Assembly: GCA_032718475.1 (NCBI GenBank)
Contig: JAUCBJ010001431.1
Location: 62,001 to 126,000, forward strand
Reading direction: 5' to 3'
Length of the DNA stretch: 64,000 nt
From: Nemertoderma westbladi
Lineage: Eukaryota > Animalia > Xenacoelomorpha
A program made the position numbers and the translations under genes. The number at the start of each line of letters is the position of its first letter. The stretch's first letter is position 1. The notes beneath the pieces were generated by a model. The model made no database searches. It was not told the DNA's origin and saw only the letters and a program-made list of their open reading frames with translations. Shown one piece after another: positions 39,726-52,329 of this stretch.

Positions 39726-41119
39726 TGGGTAAGTAGTAGGGGTTTGCATGGCTTTGCGACAGTTAGACCACACTGACACCCATTGGCACCACAGTGTCAT
39801 TGGTGCCAGAGTGTCTGGGTGACACCTCCTAATTAGGCTAATTAGACCCTAATTGATTGGTGTCATCAATTAATTAGTACAATTAAACCCTAATAGATGT
39901 CTTATAACACCTTATTAGGGTTTAATTGATTATCCTAATTAATCAAACCAATTGGCACCCTGACACCTAATGGCTATCGGTATTGTCTAACTGTCGCAAA
40001 GCCGTGCAAAGGGTGTCATAAGTGACACCTCTACCCTTTTAATTATTAGTATTTATTTATTTGTATTAAATTTTAATTTAATTAATTGTATTACTTTTAT
40101 TTTATTTTATTGTATTACTTATTTAATTTATAAATTGATTTCTATTTTTAGATTTACCAATAAATAGTTATATTTATTGCTTACTGAATGACATCAATGA
40201 TGGCACCACCCCGGCTGCTGGCTACTGCTTAATCTATTGCACAAGTTTCAACTCATCCTCGTATCTCACCCCACAGTGTATACAGGTCCTATACTGGTTA
40301 CTATTTTGGAGTTAGTGAAGGGATTAAACTTAAGACAAGAAGTTGCATGCAAGCTGTCGCCTAGGTTACCAGTTACCATGAATGATCCATTAATGGTTCC
40401 GGGATTCTGTTGCTGCGCCAGGATTGGCTCATTTAAGGAGGCTTTTCGGCCCCACATTCCAAGTTACTATTAATTGAGGGGGGGGGGGGGGGGTGGGGGT
40501 GGTAGCGAATTTTCTGACCAAAAAGTCTAATTTTTGAAACATATCCTATCTAATGCAGAATTTCATGCTGAATCCAAATATGGAAACCGTTTTCCCATAT
40601 TTAGTTTTAGTTTTAGCCTTAGTTTTCGAGATATCTGGGATAGAAGATACTGGCTCTGATATATCTTGATATCGGTAAATGCAATGAAGTTGGGGGTTTG
40701 CATTCAATTTCTGCAAATTTCTGTGCTCAGTGGTTCCAATTGGATGTCTCCACGAGAAAGAGCACAAAATTTTAATTGAGAACGAATTTTTTTATGATTA
40801 TTGGACCTACTGATCTGTTTATAACACAACTTTAAGTCTCCGGAATAAAGACGGGACTCGAATAAGCGACTCTGCGGTCTTTGTGGGATTACGCAGAATA
40901 GACTTATCAGTCATCGGAGATCTTCAAAATGTATAATCTCCAGTTCTAGTGGTTGTATGAAGTTCGTTTTAGGCTCATTCGAAAGCTCTTTTCTCAGAGG
41001 ATAATAAAGTTACCTAATTTACCTTAAGTTACCTTAATTTTAAGTTACCGAATTAAGTAAAGAATAAAGTCTTCCACATAGAATCCTTTTGTTATAAATA
41101 TAGCGTTGACAATAATCAA

Positions 41120-42020
41120 ATTATGGATAATAATGATTTCAATAACTGGTTTTCCCGCACTGTAAATCGTATTGATGAACTAATTAGTGCTTTTCTTTGT
41201 CTCAGCTCGGGTTGGAATATAGTTTGTATCGAGCAAATAAGCATCGAGATTGCATGCTCCCAATGTAACCCCTATTTAAAGGGTCATGGGATTAATAATT
41301 CTAAAATATTATTAAATAAACATTGTACTGTAAGCATAGATTGCCCACTGAGAGATTGTTTTAAATATGCAGTATAGGCCGTGGTGAATTATAAAAAGAT
41401 TGATAGGAAAAAAAATAATATTAGTAGAATATCAACTTATATTCCTTTCCTAGACATGTTTGATTTTAGTACAATAACGTTCCCGGTGGACAGAGTAACT
41501 GGTATTCCTGCTTTTGAAAGCAAACCCTTTATACTGCATCAATCTTTTGTTTTGGAATAACGATGAAACACTCTTTTTTCTTAGTCAACCAGATAGCGCA
41601 TACTGTCCTGACAAAACTGTACTAGATTTACTATTTATTGAAGCCACAACCAAAAACCCCAGTCACTACGTGGCCATTACCAATATCGATAGACTAATAA
41701 ATACAAAAAATACGTCTATGGGTAACAAGTAGCACTGCGAACGCTGCCTCAGGGCCTTTTACACTGTCAACGCTCTGGAAGAACATCGCCAGCTTTGCTA
41801 TACATACGGGTAAACGACAACTGGAATATATGCCTGAAAATCTCTTGGTCAAATTCGATCGTTACGATAAGACCCTATCCCCACCTTTCTGTTTATACAC
41901 CAACATTGAAACTATTCTTGAACCTACAAACAATATTAAACTTCCCCAGAAACATTTAGCCAGTGCGGCAGCCTTTTACATGGTATCAAATCAGAAATTA
42001 ATTAACCCCCCTCAAAACTA
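41120..42020 (+). pseudogene. Polinton pPolB N-terminal region relic (also at 33300-34180)
   Basis: SGW..IE, CFKYAV, HYVAITNIDRL, CERCL...LEEH..C, MP..KF...PF.LY..IETIL motifs across frameshifts; family assignment from recalled motifs. Confidence 0.65.
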
Positions 42021-42092
42021 ATTCCCCAAAATATTCAGATTTTCTGTGATGATTGATGGAAGTAACCACGTAATGTGTGACTTTCTAACCGT

Positions 42093-42305
42093 GTGGATTC
42101 AATAACGTGTGGTACGAGTAATGGGATAACACCAAAACAGTTTCGAGATCATTATCCTTTCTTTATCTGGAATCTTTCGCCTAGTGGCTATTTGTATGAT
42201 GAAAAGAGACCTATGCATCGTGCTGGTAACGCGAGGCTTGAAATTTCCTTTGCCCACGCTTTGGTAGTAATGATCAATGTAATAATGGATGTAATTCGGT
42301 ATTAA
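42093..42305 (+). pseudogene. Polinton major capsid-like C-terminal relic (also at 34221-34433)
   Basis: SNGITPKQF..Y.FF.WNLSP...GNARLEISFAHAL...INVI resembles Polinton/adintovirus capsid C-termini. Confidence 0.55.
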
Positions 42306-42797
42306 CTGATCTCGGTCGATATTTTATTTTATTTACAATTATTATAATTATTAGATGGCCTACAACATTTCTGCGTATTTGTGCTATTGTCCATCTGTAA
42401 TAATAATTTATTAAGTTCATTGATAGAGCAATGTATTTTATTAATAATGCAATGTCGTTGAGTTAGAGGTCTGCCTTAAAAATAATGTGGGTGGGATATG
42501 ATAGAACAATAAATATTAGTGACAGTGGCCTAGTAATTCAAATTCTAGAAAATGTTAAACTCTACCTATAAATCGTCTACCTAATAAACAGAATAAAAAA
42601 AATGAGTTTCATATCAAACACTCAAGCGGCTCATTTACCAGGATGCATAACTTCGAATCATTATCCAATCGGAAATATTTTCTTTCGTTAGACACTAAGT
42701 TCATCGTAGCAGTTACATTCACTATCCTCGGTGGATGAATCGAACCATTTCAATTTGGCTACCTCAGCTGATGTAAGTAGAATTGTGTCCCGAGTAG

Positions 42798-45700
42798 TGT
42801 TATGGACGAAAGAATGATGCTCCATCACCGTGCTATGTAATATAATTCATCCAATAATGTTATTGTTAAAACCAATCATATATATAATATAAGCAAGTAA
42901 ACATATATATATCATAGGCCTAAGTACTGACTACTGGTATGGGGCCACGGCTTCTTATAGGCCGTGGTGTACTGTACTAACATACAGTCTGACAGTCCAA
43001 TAAAAGGGGCGAGCCATGCATACCAAAGTGTTGGCTGATGCGGGTTCTATTACTTATAGTATAAGGCTACGACACCCCCCTTTCCTTTGAGATCTCATTA
43101 AGTTTGGTGAGATCTGGTTACGTTTGTTAGATCCGGTTAAATTAATTCGATGCTTGTTGCGCCAAAGCGGACAATAGAGTTCTTTTTACGTGTGCTACGG
43201 CGCGGTTGTACCGTAACCCAGTCGTCGTCAGTTTTGTCATTGGCTTCAGATGTTGTTGAGTCTGCTATCAGTGGTTTGTCGAACTCTACGTCGGTTGTCT
43301 CTTCAGGCTTCTCATGCAGAGGCCGTAGAAATCGTCGGTTTCTTCTCCAGGTATTCCCGGATGGCAGTTTAACCTGGTAGTCTCTGTGTAGACCGACACT
43401 GGTGATGGTGCCTGTGCGATCCCACCGTTTCGGCCGATTAGGATTTTGAATACGGACTTTCATCCCGATTTGAAGGGGTTTGTGATCTCGAGCGGTTGCG
43501 TTATAATGGTGCGTTGTTTGATCCAGGTCGGCTGCGTGTTTGTTGCCCAGGTTACCAGTTACTTGCAGGTTCTGGTTGTAGTTGTCTGAATGGGACGGGA
43601 CTCTCGAACGAAGTGTACGTCCAAATACAATTTCATTGGGAGATTTCCCATCTGCGCGGGGTGTATTTCTCAGCTCGAGGAGGCCGCTGAGAAATTCCTC
43701 GCAGTGAATGTCATTTCGTGGGACTTTAAGCAGGAGGTGTTTAAGAGTTTTCACTGCGGATTCTGCGTGTCCGTTTGATTGTGGATAGTGTGGGCTGCTA
43801 GGAACCCAGTTAATGCCCCACCGCTTGCAGAAGTCCCAGAAATTGGTGCTGTCGAATTGTGGCCCACCATCGGTTTTCAGCGTTGTTGGGACGCCGAGGT
43901 TGGGGAGCCATTTGCGGATGGCGCATACGACGTCGGTGGATGTTGGGTCGTGGTTCCACTGTGAAACTTCCGGGTAACCAGATAGTCGATCTGCGTAAGC
44001 TAGGTAGTGTTTGTTGCCTATAGCAAACAGGTCGGCTGATACTGATTCGAATGGTCGCTCGGGAATGTTGTCCGAAAGTAGCGTTTCTTTCTGGAGGGAT
44101 GGTCGGATCTCTTGGCATTTGTTACAATGTTTCACCGTACGCTCGATATGGTGGCTGATACTGGGCCAATAGACGGTTTGGCGGGCCCGTTGTTTAGTGC
44201 GGGTTGTGCCCTGGTGTGAGGCGTGTAAGCGTTGCAGGGTTTCAGCCTGGTGCTGGGTAGGGATGACGATTCTATTCCCAAATAGTACGAGGTCGTCAGC
44301 TGAAAGTGCCAGGTTATTCGATATTGAGCGAAATTTGCGGCAGTAGGGTGATGCTTGGTTTATAGTTCTGAAATCAGCCCGTACCTGATTAACTAGTTCT
44401 TGATATTCGGCGTCATTTGATGCTGCCGTTTTCAGTTCGTTTATCATTGGGTCATTTGAAAGACTGCCCGATGAGTCATTAGGTGGCGGCAGGTTACGGC
44501 AGATGGAAGCGACGGTAATTAGGTCGACACCGAGTTCCATCTCTTCGTTTGTCGGTTTGTCGACAGGGGAGCGGCTCAAACCGTCGGCAATTCGGTGAGC
44601 CTTGCCCTTTTGCCATTCGACGCGGAATTGGTAGCAAGATTGAAGGTCGGCTTTGATGCGCTGCAGTTTATCGTTACATACCTGATCGACACTGTAGTTA
44701 TTAAAAATGGTGACCAGGGGACGGTGATCTGTTACTACCGTAAATTCCGGTAGACCCAATATGTAAACCCGGCACTTACTAATGGCGTATCGGATGGCAA
44801 CGGCTTCTAATTCGATGGTTGCGTAACGAGTTTCAGCGTCGCTGATGAATCGGCTGCCGCATGCTACCAGATTCCAGACAGCTCCGTGGCGCTGGAGTAA
44901 GTCGAACCCGAACCCATGGAGGCGGCTGGCGTCGGTTTCCAGCCGTGTTTCTGCTTTGGGATCGAATGGAGCGAGTATTGGGGGTTTCACGAGTGCGTTT
45001 TTGACTCGCTGGAAAGCTTGTTGATGGTTGGCGTTCCAAGTAAACTCATTCCGGGTCCGGAGAAGTTCTCGTAGTGGAGCGGCTGTGGTACTGATGTCAC
45101 TAGAGAAGTGACCGAGTTGGTTTACCAGCCCCATAAAGCTACGAAGGTCAGTAATGTTCTTCGGTGTTGGGTAATCCGAAATCGCTCGAATCTTATCTGG
45201 GTCGGCCTCAGTTCCCTGACCCGATACGATGTACCCAGCGAATTTGACCGAGGGTTGAGCGAAGTTGAATTTGCCAGGGTGGAGAGTTATTCCAGATTCG
45301 CGGCATTTCTGGAGTACGGAGCGAACTCTCTGGACGTGGCTATTGAGGTTGGTGTCCTCTATCAGGATATCGTCAACGAGTTTGTGGACCTGTGTTAAAC
45401 CCTGTAGGGCTATATCTCCTCATAGGTTGTAACTATCTCCGGCAGAGATAAAGCCCATTGGGGCGCGGCAGTACCGGTAGCGGCCCCAGGGTGTTATAAA
45501 CGTTGTGAGGTCCCTGGATTTCTCATCGAGCGCGACCTGCCAATAGCCGGATTTTGCGTCTAATGTTGAAAAGATGCGTGCCCCTGGAGTCCGGTCGGAT
45601 ATTACGTCATATGGTGTTCTAGAATTATGGACGGTCCGTTTCACCTGGGAGTTCAGTTTTGTCAGATCGACCGTCATGCGAATTTCCCCCGGTCGATTTG

Positions 45701-48007
45701 GTTTGTTACATACGACTATGGGGTGGCACCAGTCAGTTGGCCGGTCGCCAACTCGTTCGATGATGCCTCGTGTTTCCATGTCGATGAGCTCCTTGTGTAC
45801 TTTTTCTCGTTGCGGGAATGGAACCGGACGGGCAGAGTTTACACAGAATGGCTCGGGGTTATCCACCAGTTGAATTTTCATTGGCGGTCCCGCCATTGTT
45901 TGGAGGCGTCCGTTGGAGCTGAACACATCGTGGAACTCCTCCATTAGTTTAAGTTTGGTGTCAGCATTATTTATCCGTTGTTCTGCGTCCACGGATATTG
46001 TTGAAACCACGGGGAAGTCCTTGTTGACAATACCCAATCCCTTACAGGCGTCCAGGGATATGTGTATGTCCCGCCCCATATCTGGGCACCAATAAACCCA
46101 GTCACTGTATGTTCGGTTACCGGTAGAAAGTTGCATATATGTTTTGCCGGTGCAATTCACAGATGTACCATTGGCTGCGGTCAGTGGGCAGTCGGCTGAT
46201 CCAAGTACGTGTTTGGTTGGGATGTTCCAATCTAAGCGGATTGTGTCACCAGCCGCTATAACTTGTGCGCCTGTATCTGCGATGCACATTTTAATCCCAG
46301 CCCACTCGCCATTACTACAAAATTCCACGGGGAGTAGTGGTTTCTGGCACCCAGTAGTAATGTCTGCCATCTGAATGGCGCCGTTAGTTTTTGTTTGTTG
46401 GTTTTCGAATTTTGTTTTAAGGCACCGTGATCCATGGTGCCCCTTGGTTCCGCATTTGTTGCAGTCAATGTTAATTGCTTTACAGGGTTGACTGTCCGCG
46501 TGCGGGTAGCGTCCGCCACAGCTTATGCACTCGCCCCGCTGTTTAATCTGCTTTATTGCGTCGCGGATAGTACCGATTATTGGACTACGATTCCGGTTGA
46601 AAGAGTTTGTTTTGGAACGTTGGTAGTCGCTCTTCCGACTCCGGCTCCTGCCTCGGTTCTGTTGGGCTGCAGGTCTGACTACTGGGTTGATTCGCTGTTC
46701 GCGGATGAGTTTAGTGTCGCGTGCGGCAACCTCGCGCGATCGACAGTAGTCGGGTATTTGTTCAGCGGTAAGGGGTGGCCGTTTCGCGAATATTTCTTCC
46801 CGTGTTACATCGTCAGTTATACCCCGGATGATCAGAGTGTTGATCCAGTCATCCCTTGTCATTGTGTCCAGATCAGCATCTTGGGCGAGCTCTAGTAATC
46901 GGACATAATAGTCGTCGAACGACTGACCAGGCTCCTGCCTCAGCTGTACGAGTTGGTGTCGGTCCACAACGATGTTACGTTCCAAACGGAGGTAGTCACG
47001 GATCTCATCCTGGATATCCCCCAAGGTTTTGTTCGTCTCGGCAGGAATGTTTAATCGATGGTGTATTCTGTTTAGGAACTCGGGTGAGCAGTTGCTAAAG
47101 AAAATAGCAACCTGATCTTCCCTCGATTTCCGGTCCAGATGAACGATTCTGCTGTAGTTCGTCCACTGGCGTTCCCAACGGATGTAGCGATGATAGCTAA
47201 ATTCAACGTCGAGTTTATCCGGAGCCCTCGCTGTCAGTTTAGCAGCTGCACCATCGTTGTTATGTTCCGGATGGTTGCCTCCCGGGTTTAATGTTTCCTC
47301 TCCACTACGGTTTTGCAGGAATTGAAGAAGTCGCTGTTCACGATCTTCCTCGCGTTGTTCGCGTCGAAGTTCGTCTTCTAAGCGGCGTTGTTCTTCCTCC
47401 TCGCGGCGGCGTTCTCTCCGCTCCTCCTCAGCGAGTCGCCGTTCCTCGAAGTGGATGATAAGTTTGGTTAAGTTGAGTGGTTTCTCATCGTCTCCCGACT
47501 CATCCTGTTCATGGATGGCTTTTGTGAGACGTTTACGGAGGGTTGCTGACGGCGTTTTCGGGCCAAACGCTATTCCTGCATGTGAGCAATGTATTTTCAG
47601 TGCGGGACGTTCTAGGCGTTCGATATCAACCGAGTTGAGGTCAAGCCAGTCCTCCTCGCGTATGTTGGATGGCGTCGCCATATTTCGTTCGTTGTTCGAA
47701 ATTCCAGCTACGCCGCTACACACTGCGCCATGTTATGGACGAAAGAATGATGCTCCATCACCGTGCTATGTAATATAATTCATCCAATAATGTTATTGTT
47801 AAAACCAATCATATATATAATATAAGCAAGTAAACATATATATATCATAGGCCTAAGTACTGACTACTGGTATGGGGCCATGGCTTCTTATAGGCCGTGG
47901 TGTACTGTACTAACATACAGTCTGACAGTCCAATAAAAGGGGCGAGCCATGCATACCAAAGTGTTGGTAGATGCGGGTTCTATTACTTATAGTATAAGGC
48001 TACGACA
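42798..48007 (-). mobile_element. Full-length Gypsy/Ty3 LTR retrotransposon (Mag-like)
   Basis: 277-bp LTRs (42798-43074, 47731-48007; 3 mismatches seen), TSD AGTAG, PBS TGGCGCAGTG (tRNA-Ser-like), purine-rich PPT next to the 3' LTR. Confidence 0.95.
43137..47723 (-). pseudogene. Single-frame gag-pol with one nonsense TGA (45420-45422) in RT
   Basis: Two Gag knuckles, then PR, RT, RH and IN. SYNL*GDIALQGLTQVHKLVDD continues in frame into ORF 43137-45134. Confidence 0.9.
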
Positions 48008-49724
48008 AGTAGAAACAATGGCTTTTCCATCATCAACCTCGTAACCAGAGGTGATCGCTAAATTACACTCGTTCTGAATATTTGTAACAAACCCAAAAGT
48101 GCAATGGTCAAAAGCAACCCAATCATCTGGTTTTAAGACTAGTTGACTAGTTGGATTAATATAAGGGTGACAGATATTTATGTAATGTTGAAATAAATTT
48201 GCGCAGGTGATGGAAAAGGTGATCCATGAACCATTTACGTGTCTTCTAACTTTATTAAATCGAGTGGCAGTGGGTTAACACTTCCATAGGTGGCAACTCT
48301 AAAATTGAATCCAAAGTAATAAGAGACTTTATTGGCATAAAAGAAGGTGAGCTCATTCAATTTCTCGCCGAAAACGAGAACATCCTTGTCAAAAAGTTTA
48401 AAGAAACGAGTCTCCTCTTCCTCGGTTGGAGGCGAGGAGTTCCAGATGAGAAGAAGAATCGAGTTTGCGATATTATGAAAATCAAATAAACGGTCATTGG
48501 AGAAGAAGGAAATTATGAGAGTGGTTAAACCCAGTAAACGATTTGCAATGTCTTGGGTAATGTTTTCTCGAATAAAATCAATAACAGTGATTGGAATCGT
48601 AAACGTCGCGGGCGAAGTTTTTTCTCCTTTTTTAAAAGTTTGAAACCATGGTTGGAAGAATGAAGTTTATTATCATCGAGAGTTTGGTAGTGTCCATTGT
48701 GAAGTTCGTAGCAGGCATGGAAAATAAAGTGAGCGTAGTTTGCCAGAACTAGAAAGGGGTGGTTTAAAGTTGTATTTATTGTTAACAGAAAGTGTTTGTT
48801 CGATGGATCGAAATAGAAGCCAAACGAGTTGTCCACTAGTGTAAACTGATTCTCACTGCAAACCATCTCGTTGTTTGAATAGCTGATTTCTGATTATGCC
48901 ATTGTGAATAGGTAACTCGTTTTAGGAAATAAATAAATAACTAAATACTTTTAAAAAAAATAACTAAAATTTTTAACAATATAAATTACACAATGAAGGG
49001 GAATGTGGTGAACAGGGAGCTATTATAGAGGGAGATTAGTTTGGAGTAGCCAATCAGAGAGCAGATGTAAGTAAAGCAGCCAATCAGAGAGCAGATGTAA
49101 GTAAAGCAGCCAATGAGGAACCAGCTTTGATGATGTTATACGAGGCGAGTTGCAGCTTGCCTAATGTTATCAATGGTACCCAATGTGGCGCCAAAGATGA
49201 TGTCATCAAAGGTGGACTGGCACAGAGTAATTAGTAACCAGTATAGGACCTAGCCTAGGGCTAAATATGGCAGGCTGAAAGTCCATGGCAAGGTAGGAGC
49301 TGGGGTGATGCCATCAATGATGTCATTCGGTAAGTAATAAATAAAACTATTTATTGGTAAATCTAAAAATAGAAATCAATTTATAAATTAAATAAGTAAT
49401 ACAATTAAATAAAGTAAAAGTAATACAATTAATTAAATTAAAATTGAATGCCAATAAATAAATACTAATAAATAAAAGGGTAGCGGTGTCACTTATGACA
49501 CCCTTTGCACGGCTTAGCGACAGTTAGTCAACACTGATAACCATTGGGTATCAGGGCGCCAATTTGTTTGATAAATTAGGATAATCAATTAAACCCTAAT
49601 ATGGTATTATAAGACATCTATTAGGGTTTAATTGTATTAATTAATTGATGACATCTGTCAATTAGGGTCTAATTAGGTGTCAGTGTGGTCTAACTGTCGC
49701 AAAGCCGTGCAAACCCCTACTACT

Positions 49725-50144
49725 TGGGTAGATTGCGTTGCGTCGCATACGGAGGAGCTGTAAACTATAGATTCCGATGTGCCGGCGATGGATTCCGATA
49801 TTCCTGTGATTGATATGATATCTCCATTGTCTATCTGAAATTCCAATTCGGATAGGCAGGGATCCGCGCTGATTGGACGGGAATTAGCCAATAGGATGTC
49901 GCTTTGGTATGACGAAGAATAACCGGCGTCTGTAGCAGGCGTGTCGGTGTTGGCTAGTGCTATACGATCATCTTCCTGCTCACTATAGGGTGTCGATCTG
50001 TCGCCACAGTCGATTGTTAACTGCTGACTGCGGGAGAGGTAGGAGGTTTGGTTGCGTCCGTAAGTCGTCCTCAACATTGTGGGAATCTGGGAGGCCCAAG
50101 TTCGCACAGCGTGGGTTCGTTCCGCCTTATATTTTTCGTTCTTC
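49725..50144 (-). CDS. Coding exon of an unknown host gene, interrupted by the Polinton
   Basis: Acceptor TTATTACTGCAG|G; phase matches the upstream exon; frame is open. Confidence 0.7.
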
Positions 50145-50329
50145 CTGCAGTAATAAAGTTTGTTACAAATAATAATCTTAAAGTTAATTCAACTTGAATG
50201 TTACTTCTATGAATATTACCCTGTACTCTGTCAACAGTGGTATGAATAATAGTAATTCTTGACAAATTTATGGTTGTGGCAATCATTACTGTAAACTCTT
50301 TGTATTAAATTAATCCCCTCAATGACCTC

Positions 50330-51772
50330 AAGCGTATAATCTCCGAGGGATCGGAGTGTTTTCTCGAGATCAAACCACCCAAGTGCGAGCGTTTTTTTCA
50401 GAGGAAATACGGACTGCCATCCAAAGCGCGTTCCAAGAGGTTTGTTCTGGGATGAAGACTCTCCCCCTGGGTGAACTAACGATGTTGGGTGCCCCGATCG
50501 GTGATGCTGCCATTGAGACATGTCTGCAGGGTAAGGTCGACAACCTGGCCACGCTAACATCAGGGCTTCCGCACACCGACGCCCACCATGCCTTCTACCT
50601 CCTAAAACGTTCGTTTTCAATTCCCAGACTAACCTACATCCACCGCACATCAAACGTGCTTCACGAAACCGGATATCCTCGCTAAGTTCGACCAAACCAT
50701 CAGAGATGCTCTCTGTGAGGTTGCAAACTCTGTAGTCGACGACTGTGCATGGTTACAAGCTGATCTCCCTGCCTGCATAGTTGGTCTCGGCCTCGCCAGT
50801 GCTATACAGCTCGCACCTTCCGCGTTCCTGGATTCTGCGGCTGCTAGTGCTGGTCTGACAGGGCGCCTCCTCACGCAAAAGGAAACCTCCTTAGACCACG
50901 TGACATCTCAAGCACTGGAGCAGTGGAAATCGATGGTCCCAGATGGTGAACCCACTCCATCCCCCAATTCTACCCATCAGAGTGCATGGATGAGGCCATC
51001 TTCGAGGAAACTTGGAACAGACTCCAATCTTCATCTCCCCAGTCGATGTCGCCCGTCTAAACACTCCTTGTACTCGAGTGTATCAGGTTGTTGGTTAGAC
51101 GCAGTCCCAGCCTCTTCCCTAGGCTTGAAACTCAACAACATACAATTCCGGCTCTCCGTCGCCACCCGTCTGGGATGCATGGTTACAGAACCCCTTAACC
51201 TCGCACTATGTGGTAGTCAAATTGAATCAGATTGTCTGCATGGTTTATCCTGCAAGCATAGCGTAGGCCGACATCCCAGACATACTATGGTCAACAACAT
51301 AATTAAAAGATCTGTGGCCAGAAGTGGCGTCCCCTCCCTCTGGGAACTCTGTAGAGCTCTGTAGAGATGGAAGCAGTAAACAGGTGGATGGTGTTACCAT
51401 TGTCCCATGGAGGCGGGGTCTGGGATGCCACCATATGGGACCCGCTTGCACCCATTCACCGCGCTACAAGCCAGTCCTCTGGCGGTCGATTGGCGGTCGG
51501 GTGGCGGCTGAGGCAGAGGCAGCCAAAAAAACGATGAGCTTGTGAAAAGGGGCTATATATTTCACCCGGTGGCATTGGAAACGTTCGGAAAGCCCAGCCC
51601 CGAAACCACCAGCTTCCTCAAGGGCCAGAGGATCCACGCCGTTACCATGGAGCCCAGGTCTCACCGAGTCCTCCTACAACGGATCCTAATCGCGATACTA
51701 ATCGGGAATGCCGCCTCCATACTGGGGACCATAGACTCTTCCTCTGCAGGCCTCTACGACATCATCGAGTAA
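50330..51772 (+). pseudogene. CRE-like non-LTR retrotransposon relic in the host intron
   Basis: LGAPIG, SGCWLDAVP, HGLSC...RHPRH, DGVTIVPW, FHPVALETFG, GNAASILGT motifs with frameshifts. Confidence 0.8.
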
Positions 51773-52056
51773 TTAATTAGTCGTATTTTATTTATTTTAC
51801 ATCCCGCCTCTTTCTTATTTTTATCTTTACTTATTTGTTTTTATCCTTTTTGGTTAATATATTTCACTTTATTGCTTTTAATCACAACCCACCTCATTTC
51901 ATTTCAATTATTTATTTCATATATTCATATATTTCTTTATAAAAGCGAATTTTTACTCATTACTACATTTTAAATTTTTTTTTAAAAAAAATTAATTTAA
52001 TGTAATAAATAGCCTAAAAGGTTTCACAACTCGACTACATCTAGACGTTATCTCAC

Positions 52057-52281
52057 CTTCTCAGATAGGCTATAACAGGGTCATTATGGTCGTGGTAGAG
52101 GTCTAATTCTGAAGATATATGGGAGTAGGATAACGAATCGACTCCACTGGAATACCTCGATGGATAAGGAAACTCGTTGTATTTACTGGTGTAGTTGAGC
52201 AAAGTGAATCGATCGAGACGTTCTGTAGTCGAACTAACATCTGAGTCGTCCGCCGTCTCGGTAATGGGAAACAGCTGTTCT
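52057..52281 (-). CDS. Internal 225-nt exon of the unknown host gene
   Basis: CTAAT branch, TATCTCCATCGCAG acceptor and AG|GTGAG donor; reads EQLFPITETADDSDV...DPVIAYLR and joins the next exon as ..YLRRKNEKYK. Confidence 0.65.
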
Positions 52282-52329
52282 CTGCGATGGAGATAATTAG
52301 TTCAATCAGTTTAACTCTCCTACAGTTTT

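Larger units (their letters stand above)
30672..46382. repeat. Tandem segmental duplication (30672-38516 and 38517-46382)
   Basis: Colinear near-identical copies; junction GGCGCC|GT|GCGTCAG with 2-bp microhomology. Confidence 0.92.
39732..49724. mobile_element. Internally deleted Polinton/Maverick
   Basis: AGTAGT...ACTACT termini, ~440-490-bp TIRs, 6-bp TSD TGGGTA (39726-39731, 49725-49730), decayed PolB-like and capsid-like fragments. Confidence 0.9.

Noticed and set aside
45420-45422. Programmed stop readthrough in the Gypsy element
   Set aside because: The stop lies inside the RT core, not at the gag/pol boundary; it is most simply a CGA>TGA mutation.
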